A program made the position numbers and the translations under genes. Below, piece after piece: positions 25,946 to 38,699 of a DNA stretch of 64,000 nt; within the stretch, counting starts at the first letter, position 1, and every line of letters begins with the position of its first letter. The stretch lies in NCBI RefSeq assembly GCF_006345805.1, contig NC_043011.1:3968001-4032000 (forward strand), given 5' to 3'. A model generated the notes under the pieces. The model made no database searches, was not told the origin of the DNA, and saw only the letters and a list, made by a program, of their open reading frames with translations. This stretch comes from Octopus sinensis. Its lineage: Eukaryota.

Positions 25946-26359
25946 CCAGTTATTAAGGAACTTTTATTTGAATCTGGATGCTCATCTTGATGCTAGCCAA
26001 TACCTATTTTGCAAGTAACTGATTCTTTATTCCATACAGCTTCGAAGGCACAAAGTAAGCTGATGATTTATTGACAAGACAAATGCCATCAGGAACATGG
26101 CACAGGTGTCATGACATTCAAATAAACACAAACACACAGATAAAAAACCAAGCACACAGATATACACACTCGTGCATGTAATTTACATTGACATGTATTC
26201 ATTTGATGGCCTTCATTTTCAGTTTATGTCTATTGTATTCCTTTAAAAGTTTTTGGTCAGCCCAAGGCTATAACAGGTGACACTCACCCAAAATGCAACA
26301 CCATGAGATTGAATCTAAAACTCCATTGTCGAGAAGGAAACTTCTTAACTGTACATCCA

Positions 26360-26377
26360 TACATATGTGTGTGTGTA

Positions 26378-26454
<77 letters not shown>

Positions 26455-26507
26455 ATGTGTGTGTGTGTATATATATATATGTATATATGTATATATGTGT
26501 GTGTATG

Positions 26508-26603
<96 letters not shown>

Positions 26604-26606
26604 ATG

Positions 26607-26641
<35 letters not shown>

Positions 26642-26768
26642 GTATATATATGTATATATGTATATGTATATATATGTATATGTATGTATATATATATATA
26701 TGTATATACATGTGTGCATACATGCATGTATGTATGTATGTGTGTGTATGTGTGTGTGTGTGTGTGCA
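26360..26768. repeat. (TA)n/(TG)n compound microsatellite
   Basis: Directly visible. Confidence 0.95.
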
Positions 26769-26804
26769 GTGATACAAAGCCAATATTCGAAATTAGCGTT
26801 ATAT

Positions 26805-27030
26805 TTTTATATACCGGTTTCAAATTTTGGCACAAGACATCAGCAATCTCAGGGGAAGCGCAAAATCAATCACATCGACCCCACTGTTCACCTGGTTCTT
26901 ATTTTATTGAACCCGAAAGGATGAAAGGCCAAGTTGACCGCAGTAGAATTTGAACTCAGAATGTAAGGATGGATGAAATGCTGCTAAGCATTTTACCCAG
27001 GGTGCTAACTATTCTGCCAGTTTGCCACCT
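26805..27030 (-). mobile_element. SINE family C
   Basis: Matches the family C consensus. Confidence 0.75.
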
Positions 27031-27509
27031 TATATATTTTCATATATTAAACAGCAATTAATGTTATATGTTGCAAACTCAATGGACAGGTGAATAATAA
27101 CATTGATATAGTGCAGCTACAACAGCTTCTCTTAAGGAACGCTGCGTGGTAGTAACGAGCTTACCGGTAGTTAGGCAGGTTTGATAAATTAATTTATTAG
27201 ATTATACCTGTTGTCTTTTATTCTTCATTTCTGTGTCTATTTTTCCTTCAGTTTTGTTTTATTAGAAAATATATTAAAACAAAAGAAACCAAATCAATAT
27301 TAATGTTAATATTTTCCTGCTTCAATAAATTCATAGAGTAACAATTTTAATGCCTTCTCTGCTATTTCAAGCAAACTAGTCTTATTAGAATTCAGGATAT
27401 TGTTCTTGCTTTCTCTTGTACATGTATCATTTATATCCTTGTGTGCAAGTACGTGCATCTGTGTATGCATGAGTGGATGTATGCATGTATATGTATATAT
27501 AAATTAATA

Positions 27510-27960
27510 AATAAAACATATGCATATATACATATATATATGTACGTACCTACCTCTACATGTATATATACATGCATATATGGGTACAGGACACCAAAAA
27601 AACGTTGAACACAATGAGAAACGAAAACATAAACACAAAACCAAGGAACTGGACATTATTCTTAAATAACGAAAAAAATAGAGTACAGGACAAATAACAC
27701 AAGGAAAATTCCCCTTCTTCAGTCGCCATGGTTTCATCTACTCTGCGGCGTTTCGAAGGTGAAGGCGATACACATCTTTGATAGAAACTTTCCTTCCCGC
27801 GAAAAGCAAATTAAATAAAATTTGAGATCTTTTTGCAGAGGGGTAAAAATGGTAACAAAAACAGGACAGTAACGACAGTACAAAATATAAAGAGTAAAAG
27901 ACAGGACAAGGAGAACAACAAGACAAGAAGGGCTGTTAAGCCGAACGAGAAAAAGTATTA
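27510..27960 (-). mobile_element. unclassified interspersed repeat X (copy 2, longer)
   Basis: Shares about 270 bp with 19140-19410. Confidence 0.7.
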
Positions 27961-28129
27961 TATACATGTGTGCATGCATGTATGTATGTGTGTATGTATG
28001 TCATTAGGGAACGAACCCATTTCTAACCTAGATCCAAGGTTCCTTCATTGGAATCTCAACATCAACAATAGGGTATTTTTGTTTGTTTCTATGTATATAT
28101 GTATGTATGTATGTGTGTATATATGTATG

Positions 28130-28345
28130 TATGTAAAGTTAATCCAAACATGAAAACACAAAGAGAAAACACAACAACGCGAGGACATGGAACAAATATA
28201 GTATTATTGGATGCTCAGGAAGGAAGGGAAGAAGGAGGGTTTAATGTTTTGAGCGGAGCTCTTCGTCAGAAACTTAGAAAAAGGAAAGATCCAGAGAAGG
28301 GAAGACGGAGGAAAAAAAAAATCGCCAACGGTACACACGCGGTCA
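28130..28345 (-). mobile_element. short Penelope-like repeat carrying a hammerhead
   Basis: CpG-containing 215-bp element between (TATG)n tracts. Confidence 0.55.
28239..28273 (-). ncRNA. degenerate minimal type I hammerhead ribozyme
   Basis: Minus strand reads GTTT-CTGACGA-AGAGC-TCC-GCTC-AAAAC-ATT-AAAC. The CUGACGA box is intact, stem II is perfect and stem I is GTTT/AAAC. Both deviations are G-to-A changes at CpG sites. Confidence 0.65.
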
Positions 28346-28735
28346 CATTGAATGTATGTATGTATTCATGTATGTAAGTTAGTTAAAAGCAAAGAAACCA
28401 AAACTATTATTAGTAATAATGTTTTTCTGTTTCATTAATGGACAAACCTATTATATTTCCTATTCTACTATTCCGAGCAGAGATGAGTAAGATCACTAGG
28501 AACATCTCAAGACAAATTTCCTCAATACTTCATCTCCACTCAGTCAGGAGTCTTTCCTTACAAGCTGGTTGGTGACCTCTCTAGTGTAACTACCATGAAA
28601 ACAGCATGGAGTAGACTCAGTAAAGTTGTTGGAATTAGGAAAGGCATCCAACCATAGAAACGTTACCAAAACAGACATTGGAGCTCAATGCATTTCTCTG
28701 GCTCATGGAATACAGTCATTAAATGATGATAATGA

Positions 28736-28773
<38 letters not shown>

Positions 28774-29885
28774 TATATGTGCGTGTGTGTATACATACAT
28801 ATATATATACATGCATATATATACACATGCATATATATATATATACATGTATACATATACATACATACACACACATACACACACACACACACACACATAG
28901 ACATAGATTTATAAATGCAAATATATATATGTGTTATATATTTATGTATGTATAATTACATATATATTTGTGTGTGTATATATGCATATATATATATATA
29001 TATATATACATATGTGTATATATATATATATGTATATGCACTCACACACAGAGACACACATAGATATGTTTATGAAAATTGCCTCATTTGCTGTGTCATT
29101 ATGTAAGTTCTATCTCAAAGCTAAGATGAATATTATTCATTTTGTCTGTATCCCACATTCTTTAGTTACGATATTTAAAAAAATGAAAACACTCATTGGT
29201 GGTGTCGTAATGAGAGACATAGCTTGGAGTCTTTTTAAATCGATGTTCTTAGATGGTAGATGGTAGGGCTAATTGAGTTAGGTTATTGGCGATTAATGTT
29301 CAGTGTTTGGAAGTGTTGAATGATTATAGTTGTCACTATTGACATCAGCTTAGTGGGGGTGTCTGACGAAAATAGAAAGAGGAACAGGAGTTGGAAATCA
29401 AAGGATGGTTTTTAATGATATGTGGATGGTGTTTGAAGGTGGCAAGTTGGCAGCCTCATTAAAGCATCTGATAGAATGTTTTACCATATTTGTTACACTT
29501 CTCTGCACACTCTGAATTCAAATCTTGCTGTGTTCAACTTTGCTGTTCATCCTTTTGGGTTCCATAAATAAGTTCAATACTAGGTAGAAATTTGACAAAA
29601 TTGTTAGTGCTTTTGGGTGAGGTGATGACACAAGGGCTACTGGTTGGGGTGTTAGGATGTTGATCATAAGATTATGAGTTCAATTCCTTGACCAGGCAAG
29701 CAACAACTTTTGAGCAAAGTATTTCATTTCACTCTGTTCTGTTTACTCAGTGACTCTCAACCAGGATCCATATGGCCCTTGTGGGGTCCCTATGAGATTT
29801 TGTTGCTAAAATTTATGTGAATTAAATTGTTTATATTTCTACAAGGCTCAAAATATAAAATTTTTTTTTTATATAATTCATAATA

Positions 29886-30271
29886 GGCGCAGGAGTGGCT
29901 GTGTGGTAAGTAGCTTGCTTACCAACCACATGGTTTCGGGTTCAGTCCCACTGCATGGCACCTTGGGCAAGTGTCTTCTACTATAGCCTTGGTCCAACCA
30001 AAGCCTTGTGAGTGGATTTGGTAGACGGAAACTGAAAGAAGCCCGTCGTATATATATATATGTATGTGTGTGTTTGTCCCCCCAACATCGCTCGACAACC
30101 GATGCTGGTGTGTTCATATCCCCATAACTTAGTGGTTCGGCAAAAGAGACCGATAGAGTAAGTACTGGGCTTACAAAGAATAAGTCCCGGGTCGAGTTGC
30201 TCGACTAAAGGCGGTGCTCCAGCATGGCCGCAGTCAACTGACTGAAACAAGTAAAAGACTGAGAAAAGAGT
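29886..30271 (+). mobile_element. SINE family A
   Basis: Matches the family A consensus. Confidence 0.9.
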
Positions 30272-30314
30272 AATATTATTTAATTATAAATATCTAGTAG
30301 GATTATTCTTATAG

Positions 30315-30540
30315 CTATATCAATTTCCAATTTTGGCACAAAGCCAGCAACTTCTAGGGAGGGCATAAGTCGATTATATTGACCCCAGTGTTCTACTGGT
30401 AGTTATTTTATTGACTCCAAAAAATACGAACAGCAAAGTCGATCTTGATGGAATTTGAACTCAGAACATAAGGACAGAGAAAGTGCTGCTAAGTATTTTG
30501 CCCAGCACATTAATGATTCTGCCAGCTTGCCACCTTCTTG
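30315..30540 (-). mobile_element. SINE family C
   Basis: Matches the family C consensus. Confidence 0.7.
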
Positions 30541-30879
30541 GTATTCGTAATATCAACAGCAATGACAGATAAGTGGAAGCAATTGAAGAACAATTTCGGA
30601 ACAGACCTGAGCTGTACCAAAGAGATTTGCTTTTGTTTCAAATTTTCAAATAGGAATTTAATTGAATATCAGCCAGAGTATCGACTGAAATTCACTCTCA
30701 TAGTCTTCAGTGGAGCAGATGAATTGAATATAACCACTTAGATAAGGATGTCTCTGATGGTGGGGAGAGAGAGAGGGGAAGGGTGCGTGCCTACAGGTAC
30801 ACAATCTTACAGCAGTTGAATTTATTATATATGACAGCTGTTCAATTTTCCCATCATACCATTTCTTTTCTGTGGTTAT

Positions 30880-30942
30880 AGTCATCATCATTGCAGTCGT
30901 CATCAACATCATCATCGTCATCATCATCATCATCATCATCAA

Positions 30943-30982
<40 letters not shown>

Positions 30983-31034
30983 GTCATCGTCATCATCATC
31001 GTCATCATCATCATCATCATCATCATCTACACCA

Positions 31035-31069
<35 letters not shown>

Positions 31070-31310
31070 ATCATCATCATCATCATCGTCGTCGTCATCA
31101 TCATCATCATCATCATCATCAGCGTCATCAGCAGCTGCAGCAGCAACAGCAGGATTTGATGCTTTTACTTTGTCCTTTTTCTTTGCAACATCACCACATT
31201 GTCAATGTCATCATCATCATTATTATTAGCAGCAGCAGTTTCAATAAAGTTAACATCATCATCATCATCATCATCATCATCGACATCATCATCATCGTCA
31301 TAACTATTAT
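30880..31310. repeat. (CAT/CGT/CAG)n trinucleotide repeat
   Basis: Directly visible. Confidence 0.95.
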
Positions 31311-32067
31311 TAGTAGTTGTCTTTCGTTATCAATGTTGTTACATTGACGTTGGGTTTTCCAAGGGAAGTCGGTGGTAGGCAGCCGAAGACACACAACTGT
31401 CAAAGTAGAGCAAGGCAAGGTAAACATTATTTGGAACTCCACAGATGATATCTGGCAGATTTGAGATGCACAGATCAGTGTGCTATTATTTTAGACCTAA
31501 TTTATTCTAATAATATATCCTCCTCCCTCCCCCACCTTTTCACATCATCATTATAATAAGGGTTGGTGTTGGGGGGGTATGATGATTGTTGTTGTTATTG
31601 AGATGATGGTTGTTGTAGTTGCTGTAGACCTTGAGGTGATGGCTGTCAGTAATACTGAAGCTGCTGCTGCTTCTTGGTATACCACCACCCCTCTCTCTCT
31701 CTCTCTCACTCTCTTTCTCTCTCTCTCAACATCATACTGTCCGTCATTAGACTACCTAATAAGAGAGGAATCTATGAGATTGCTTTATTATAAACAAAGC
31801 AATAGTTCTCAATCTTTTTGACTTTATGACACACTTGGTATTAAATAAATAAATTAAAATTCACTGATACACAGGAGATCAATTAAATGATTACTGCTGC
31901 ACTATGCAGGGAAAGTTAAAACAAAAACCTATTAAAATTAGGGAAAAAAAATATTAAAAAAACTATTGCTTGCTTTGTTTTATCAATCCTACAGATATAT
32001 AAATATGAATAACATGTTCTTCAAGATGGTAAAGAAATACTATAGATTCTCTAAAGATTTATATTAT

Positions 32068-32486
32068 AGGCGCAGGAGTGGCTGTGTGGTAAGTAGCTTG
32101 CTTACCAACCACATGGTTCCAGGTTCAGTCCCACTGCGTGGCATCTTGGGCAAGTGTCTTCTGCTATAGCCCCGGGCCGACCAATGCCTTGTGAGTGGAT
32201 TTGGTAGACGGAAACTGAAAGAAGCCTGTCGTATATATGTATATATATATATGTATGTGTGTGTATATGCTTGTGTGTCTGTGTTTGTCCCCCTAGCATT
32301 GCTTGACAACCGATGCTGGTGTGTTTATGTCCCCGTCACTTAGCGGTTCGGCAAAAGAGACCGATAGAATAAGTACTGGGCTTACAAAGAATAAGTTCCG
32401 GGGTCGATCTGCTCTACTGAAGGCGGTGCTCCAGCATGGCTGCAGTCAAATAACTGAAACAAGTAAAAGAGAGTAAAGAGAGAGTA
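32068..32486 (+). mobile_element. SINE family A
   Basis: Matches the family A consensus. Confidence 0.9.
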
Positions 32487-32656
32487 ATAGATCTTAGAAT
32501 TAATGATATCCCATGTACCCCTTGTAACAAACACACCAGCATAATGGAGCACTATTCAAGAACTACTGACATAAGATATAATTTAACAGTTTAATCTCTT
32601 GTTTTACTTATGCCCTATTTACAACTCCAGCTGGCCACAAGCTTCTACTTTATTAA

Positions 32657-32877
32657 CCCTTTAGTGTTTGCATTATTCTACCAAAATTAATGCTTCTTCA
32701 TCCACATTGTTTTAAATTAATCATGCATTATCTATTAGCTATGAGATTTTGATGAGGTAGCTGTTAATTTTTAAAACAACATTGTAGGGTTGGTGTGAGA
32801 GACCAGATCTGGCCAGTTTGAACATAAAACAGGCAGAATACTTTTGGCCGGATATGGCCGATTTAAATGCGAAAGGG
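32657..32877 (-). mobile_element. piggyBac-type MITE
   Basis: TTAA at 32653-32656 and 32878-32881, CCC...GGG; reverse orientation relative to 4753-4967. Confidence 0.8.
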
Positions 32878-33089
32878 TTAAGCCAAATAAGAAACCCCTC
32901 TCTCCATAGTAGTCATAGGCAGTGTGACCCACAGAACTTTCTTACTGATATGCCTAATCTCATTTAATTTATGCCCTATTTGTTACTCTAACTAGCCACC
33001 AACTAATTCTAATTTATTAAGCCAAATAAGGGACCTCTTTCTATAGCAGTCATGAGTAAACTGTGGTCCCTGAAACATTCTGACTATAC

Positions 33090-33312
33090 TCTTTACTCTT
33101 TACTCTTTACTCTTTTACTTGTTTCAGTCATTTGACTGCGGCCATGCTGGAGCACCGCCTTTAGTCGAGCAAATCGACCCCGGGACTTATTTTTTGTAAG
33201 CCCAGTACTTATTCTATCGGTCTCTTTTGCCGAACCACTAAGTGACAGGGACATAAACACACCAGCATCGGTTGTCAAGCAATGCTAGGGGGACAAACAC
33301 AGACACACAAAC

Positions 33313-33347
<35 letters not shown>

Positions 33348-33521
33348 CACATATATACGACAGGCTTCTTTCAGTTTCCGTCAACCAAATCCACTCACAA
33401 GGCATTGGTCGGCCCGGGGCTATAGCAGAAGACACTTGCCAAAGATGCCACACAGTGGGACTGAACCTGGAACCATGTGGTTGGTTAGCAAGCTACTTAC
33501 CACACAGCCACTCCTGCGCCT
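33090..33521 (-). mobile_element. SINE family A
   Basis: Matches the family A consensus. Confidence 0.9.
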
Positions 33522-34943
33522 ATCATGCTAATGAAAATTTACTTTGAATTCTTTTAATGTTGCAGCTTGCTTAATGATGGGCTATTTCCTATGTGGCCCT
33601 GATTCTTGTAAAAGATTGCCTCTGCCTGCTTTGTAGGGTTGATAAACGGTGCTTGAAGTAGCAAGCAATTCAGTTAACTCCAAATTACAACCTACCATTT
33701 TGGAAAAGGAGGACACATTGCATAATGTGGCCCCAGATATGAAGTGTCTGAGGAAAGAATGGGACAGTCGAGGTTTGAACACCTTTGACTGTCACTGTAC
33801 TCAGTAAAGGCAGAACTAGGGTTAATGACACCTGTTTGTATCGTACAATACATATTTTGATTCTTCTAATAAAATAAAACAAATATTTATTTGTTTACAT
33901 TTATACACACATGGTTGAGATATATACATATATATGTATGCATGTGTGTGTGTGTGTGCATACGCCTGTCTTCTTTCAGTCTCCACCTACCAAGTCCACT
34001 CACAAGACTTTGGTTATTCTGAGGCTATAGTAGAAAAAGCACTTGTTTAAAGTGCCACTCTGTGGAATTGAACCTGGAATCATGTGGCTGTGTAGCAAAA
34101 CTTCTTATAACAGATAATTTGTTACTAAACAAGAACATCACCATCATCATCATCAACAACAACAGCATTTTTAATATTTATTTCCTTCAAGTTTATTTCT
34201 TATATTGTATGCCTCTCATTCTTCTTTCTCCTCTTCGTTTAAAATACTTCTTTAACTAAATTAATCTTTTGCAACAACTCACGCAAATATTCTCATTTAC
34301 ACAAACCATGGAAACGTAAGAAATTAACATAATCCTATTAAACAAAAATAAACATAATGAATATTGCTGTAACTTAGTCATAATGATAATTGATTAAAAT
34401 ATAGTTTAACCAATTTTGTATGGGTATGTGTGTGTGTATGATAGACTTTTCTCATCTATCTTGATTACATTTATCTTAACATAAAGCATTTCTAATTAAT
34501 CTTCCTTAGTGTTGAAAAGTTTTTTACTGATTCTTGTTATTAAACTCCAGCTCAGTGCACTCTGATTGAGCAGGCCTATGATCAAAAGCATTCTAGTCTT
34601 GACTAGTTATCATTTTTTTCTTTTCAAAGATGCTATAATTAGGACTATATTTTCTCAATGCTTTTTAAAAATTAAACAGGTGTCTTTAAAGGGAAATTTG
34701 GTTGCTATTTCCAGCAAGAAAAACAAATGCATACCGTGGTTTGTTTCTAGATGTTGTTATCATTATTGGCTAGCTCTTGTTATCTTTGCTTCATCAAACA
34801 TTTTACGTAGAAATAGCTGAATGAAACATTGCACTGACTTAGTTTTAGCATGGTATTTACAACAACCTACATAATATTTATTTGGAGGAATTCATATTCT
34901 TAAACACTGTGTGAACTTTATTCAAATAACAATAGGCAGTTTG

Positions 34944-35185
34944 AGCAGTTGTATACTGTCAACTTAACGTGACAATCCCATAAAGGAAATCACACCACCG
35001 CTATTTAGCCCTAGCAAGCATCAACTCTTCCTGTCAGCCTTGACACGTTTCCTGTGTCCTTGTTTACAAGGGGGAGACAAGCACCCCAACCGGCTAAGCC
35101 TGCATCCAGAGACATGTTTCTGAGTCTTTGCTCGTCATCTGTCTGGAGTAGCATGGCTTACTAGCTGGCTGCAGATGCCTGTCTA
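34944..35185 (-). mobile_element. short hammerhead-bearing element; its distal 80 bp recurs at 35297-35378
   Basis: GC-richer 240-bp segment. GAGCAGTTGTATACTGTCAACTTAACGTGAC...CACCACCGCTATTTAGCCCTAG is present twice. Confidence 0.55.
35105..35147 (-). ncRNA. minimal type I hammerhead ribozyme, two substitutions from consensus
   Basis: Minus strand reads TCCAGA-CAGATGA-CGAG-CAAAGA-CTCA-GAAAC-AT-GTC-TCTGGA: 6-bp stem I, stem II, GAAA box, palindromic ACAUGU stem III and a GUC cleavage triplet. Confidence 0.7.
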
Positions 35186-38100
35186 GAGTTTCTAAACATA
35201 TAATAATTCCAGTGAAATAAATCCACTGATCACAAAAAAGAGAAATATTCCATTTCTAAATATCTCAGAGAGATATAAGCAGTGATGGAATGATAGAGCA
35301 GTTGTATACTGTCAACTTAACGTGACGGTCTTATAAAGGGAATCACACCACCGCTATTTAGCCCTAGGAAGCCTCAAGGCAGTTTGCTGAGAAGATTTTA
35401 CTGCAGCATTAAATTGTTCATGTCTTTTGTTACCATATTTCCATCGAAATACACTACTTTTGTTTCAGTTAAATTGAAAATAAGGATGAATTTTGTCATT
35501 ATTGAGCTGGCATTTGGAACATAACACGACATTTTGATGAAAGGCTTTAATTAAGATTACCATAAAACAGGGGCTTTATGTTACAGAACCAGTGGTGGTC
35601 CCAAGTCTGTTCATACAAAAAGTGACTTCTGAGACACTCATTACTTGCTCTACAATTTACCTCTACTCAATGCTCCATAATGCTCTTATCTCATTCCCAT
35701 TCTTATTTTCTCTTCTGGTTCCCATTCATCCTACACTAAACATGTTACCTCATTGTTTCCCAGAATTAATCCACCTCACTGGAATTTCCGCTTTGGCCTC
35801 GTTTTCCCTTGCAGATGCCCAAGCTCAATATCCATTGCATTGTATTTCACTAGTTTGGGAGATCCTAGAAATAATATCAGAGATGTTTCACTTTCACTTA
35901 TTAATTTAAAAATAAATAAATATTTATTGTAAAGAGTTAGAGCATTTGTGATCTTTTATATCTTATGAGAAGCACTTTTCACATAGTGGGACCCTGTCTC
36001 TATGGCTACTACTTGGATTTTTCTGCTGAAAGGAAGATAGCATTCTTGTCTTTTGTCGAGTGATAGCCTCTTGTTTTAACAAATTTTCTGACATTTTCCT
36101 TCTTTTTGTATCTTATAACAATGGTTCATTTCCTTTACTGTTGAAATACTGGAGGATATTTTCTCCAAAGGATTAAGGGAAGTGTGGATACTATAGGTAA
36201 CAGCTGAATGACTATCTAGAAACAAGCTAATAAGGAAGTCTCTAAATAGTTGCTCAGCATGCTAGAAATGGTAGCCAAATCTGTATCAAAGCACTCTTAT
36301 ACTTGGTTGTAACCAAGAATGTTTTATTGTGATATAACAGAATCTCTTGTGGTTTTAAAGGTCCTCGAGGGCTTAACGAGGAAGCACAGGCATGGTACAG
36401 TGATGCTGAAATGTCTCCATGGTGCAGGTTTTTCTCAAGTCAGCACCATGGAAGCACTCCATGAGTATTCCATACAAGTAAGCCTCCCCTTTCCATACCA
36501 CTAATGAAGAGTAAGGCCAATACATCTTAAAACCAACATCATTACAGAAGTTGCCAGAACAAAGTGGGAGACACTACTGGTTCGCCTAAAGGACTCTAGC
36601 ACCAGAATTTGTTCTCAAAATTTAATCATGAAGCCTCTTTTATAAGTGAATATGGCTATAAGGCAGTTTGAAGTCAAAGTTTTTACTTCTATATGGCCTT
36701 CTCTCCCATTTACCAAGTTGCATTTAGTCAAAGTACTGATTTTATGGCATCAGGATCCACCTTCACCCTTTCTCCTTGTCAAAATTAGTGACTTAGCTGA
36801 ATGAGTAGGCTAGATGTTGGGCATGGTTGTCAGACACTGAGATGATGCATATGATAAGGAATACTTAGTGGGAGTTTGTCTCCACTACCATTTCTAAGTT
36901 TGGAATCATACTGTCTCAAAAGAAAAATAAGAAACTCATTGGATAATGTAGATCTAATGTGATTTTGTTAAGATGGTCATGGCTGGAAAGTCTTTGATCA
37001 TTGGTCTGCTATGCATAACAATAACACTAACTGAATAGCAATAACTATGGAGAAGCTTTATCATTCATACATGATGTTCATTAAGGTGCAACATTAGATA
37101 TTTCCAATGACAAGAGAGAAACAGCTTCAGTGATGTTTCCGTGGTTCAATTCATAACCGAGGAAGGTTATAAAAGGAACTTCATCGCTGGTTTTAATGTT
37201 TAGAATATTATTTTAATTATATAATTAATCTACTGTTTGTGCTGTAGATCTAACAATATTGCAGCTTTCCTTCTAACTATTGTCAACACTGCAAGATCTT
37301 TGACACAATGGTTAAGTAATATTGAGTGAATCCTTCTAAAGTATTGAAGAAGAATGGGTGTGTTGATAACTCTGCTACTGGAAGGAAGTTAATGTAAAGA
37401 TATTAAATTTTACTCAAAAGAATGGTATTACTTCAATAATACCTTTTAGATATTATTGTACAAGGCCAGCTTAGAAGCTGATTAAGAAAATTTATAAGAA
37501 TGGATGAAAATACCATAAATAATATGAAAGCAAAGCTAATGAAATAAAACATTTTGGTATAACTTTATGGCTGAAGTTGTAGTGAAATTATGCTTTCATA
37601 GAGAATGCTTTAGAAGGGAGAATGAAACACAGACCACTGAAGTAATAATGACTTCGATACACTAGCTTTGATAATAAATAGCTAATTTCAGATAAATGTA
37701 AAACTGTTCAGCTTTTGATGAGAGAACTGTGTAATTAAATACTGAGACATATTTATGAATAAATGTTTGGTCTAGGTAGGAAGAACAATATTTGTTCTAT
37801 CTTATATGACAATAAACATAAATAAAGAGTGGCCATAGCATTTAATAATGAGGAATCATTAGGTTCATGCTGTGTGATTATGGAAATAGTTATGAGGATT
37901 GTTTAAAGACATCTGAAACATTTGCTGCGATAATTGATAGTGTATTTATTACAGAGGGAAAATATCTGATGCTCTGGGCATTGTATAGTGGGGGTGGGCA
38001 CTGTTGGAAGATGGTTAAGGGTATGAAGAAGAAATTTTGAAGACAAAATGATTGTAATAAACTGCAGACAACCATAGCTAAGTGGAGGAATCAACAGTAA

Positions 38101-38287
38101 TTTTTAGCTAATTGAAATTATTAACTTATTTTCACCTGTGCATATCCCTAATTTTTGGTCCCTTAATCCCTTTCAGTGTGATACCATTAATGCTAATGCC
38201 TTTTTTTTTAGAGTAAGGATTTCAAGTATGTAACATCTTTTTTTTTCAACACAGCACATTAAGTTTGGCAGCCTGCATTTAATTATA

Positions 38288-38690
38288 TCTCTTTTACTCT
38301 TTTACTTGTTTCAGTCATTTGACTGCGGCCATGCTGGAGCACCGCCTTTTAGTCGAGGAAATTGACCTCGGGACTTATTCTTTGTAAGCCCAGTACTTAT
38401 TCTATTGGTCTCTTTTGCTGAACCGCTAAGTAATGAGGACATAAACACACCAGCATCGGTTGTCAAGCAATGCTAGGGGGACAAACACAGACACACAAAC
38501 ACACACACACATACATATATATATATACATATATACAACAGGCTTCTTTCAGTTTCCGTCTACCAAATCCACTCACAAGGCATTGGTCGGCCCGGGGCTA
38601 TAGTAGAAGACACTTGCCCAAGATGGCACGCAGTGGGACTGAACCCGGAATCATGTGGTTGGCAAACAAGCTACTTACCACACAGCCACT
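38288..38690 (-). mobile_element. SINE family A
   Basis: Matches the family A consensus. Confidence 0.9.
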
Positions 38691-38699
38691 CAAAGTATC

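Noticed and set aside
27700-27800. Hammerhead in repeat X
   Set aside because: The core boxes and stems cannot be arranged consistently in either copy.
35592-35909. 105-aa ORF
   Set aside because: It starts at a non-ATG codon and is low in complexity; it is more likely a decayed CR1/L2 3' end, too weak to list as a feature.
36361-36477. 117-nt plus-strand exon candidate with a GTAAGC donor
   Set aside because: The open frame resembles nothing I recognise, no partner exons were found, and the minus strand weakly resembles a CR1/Jockey CMEY motif.
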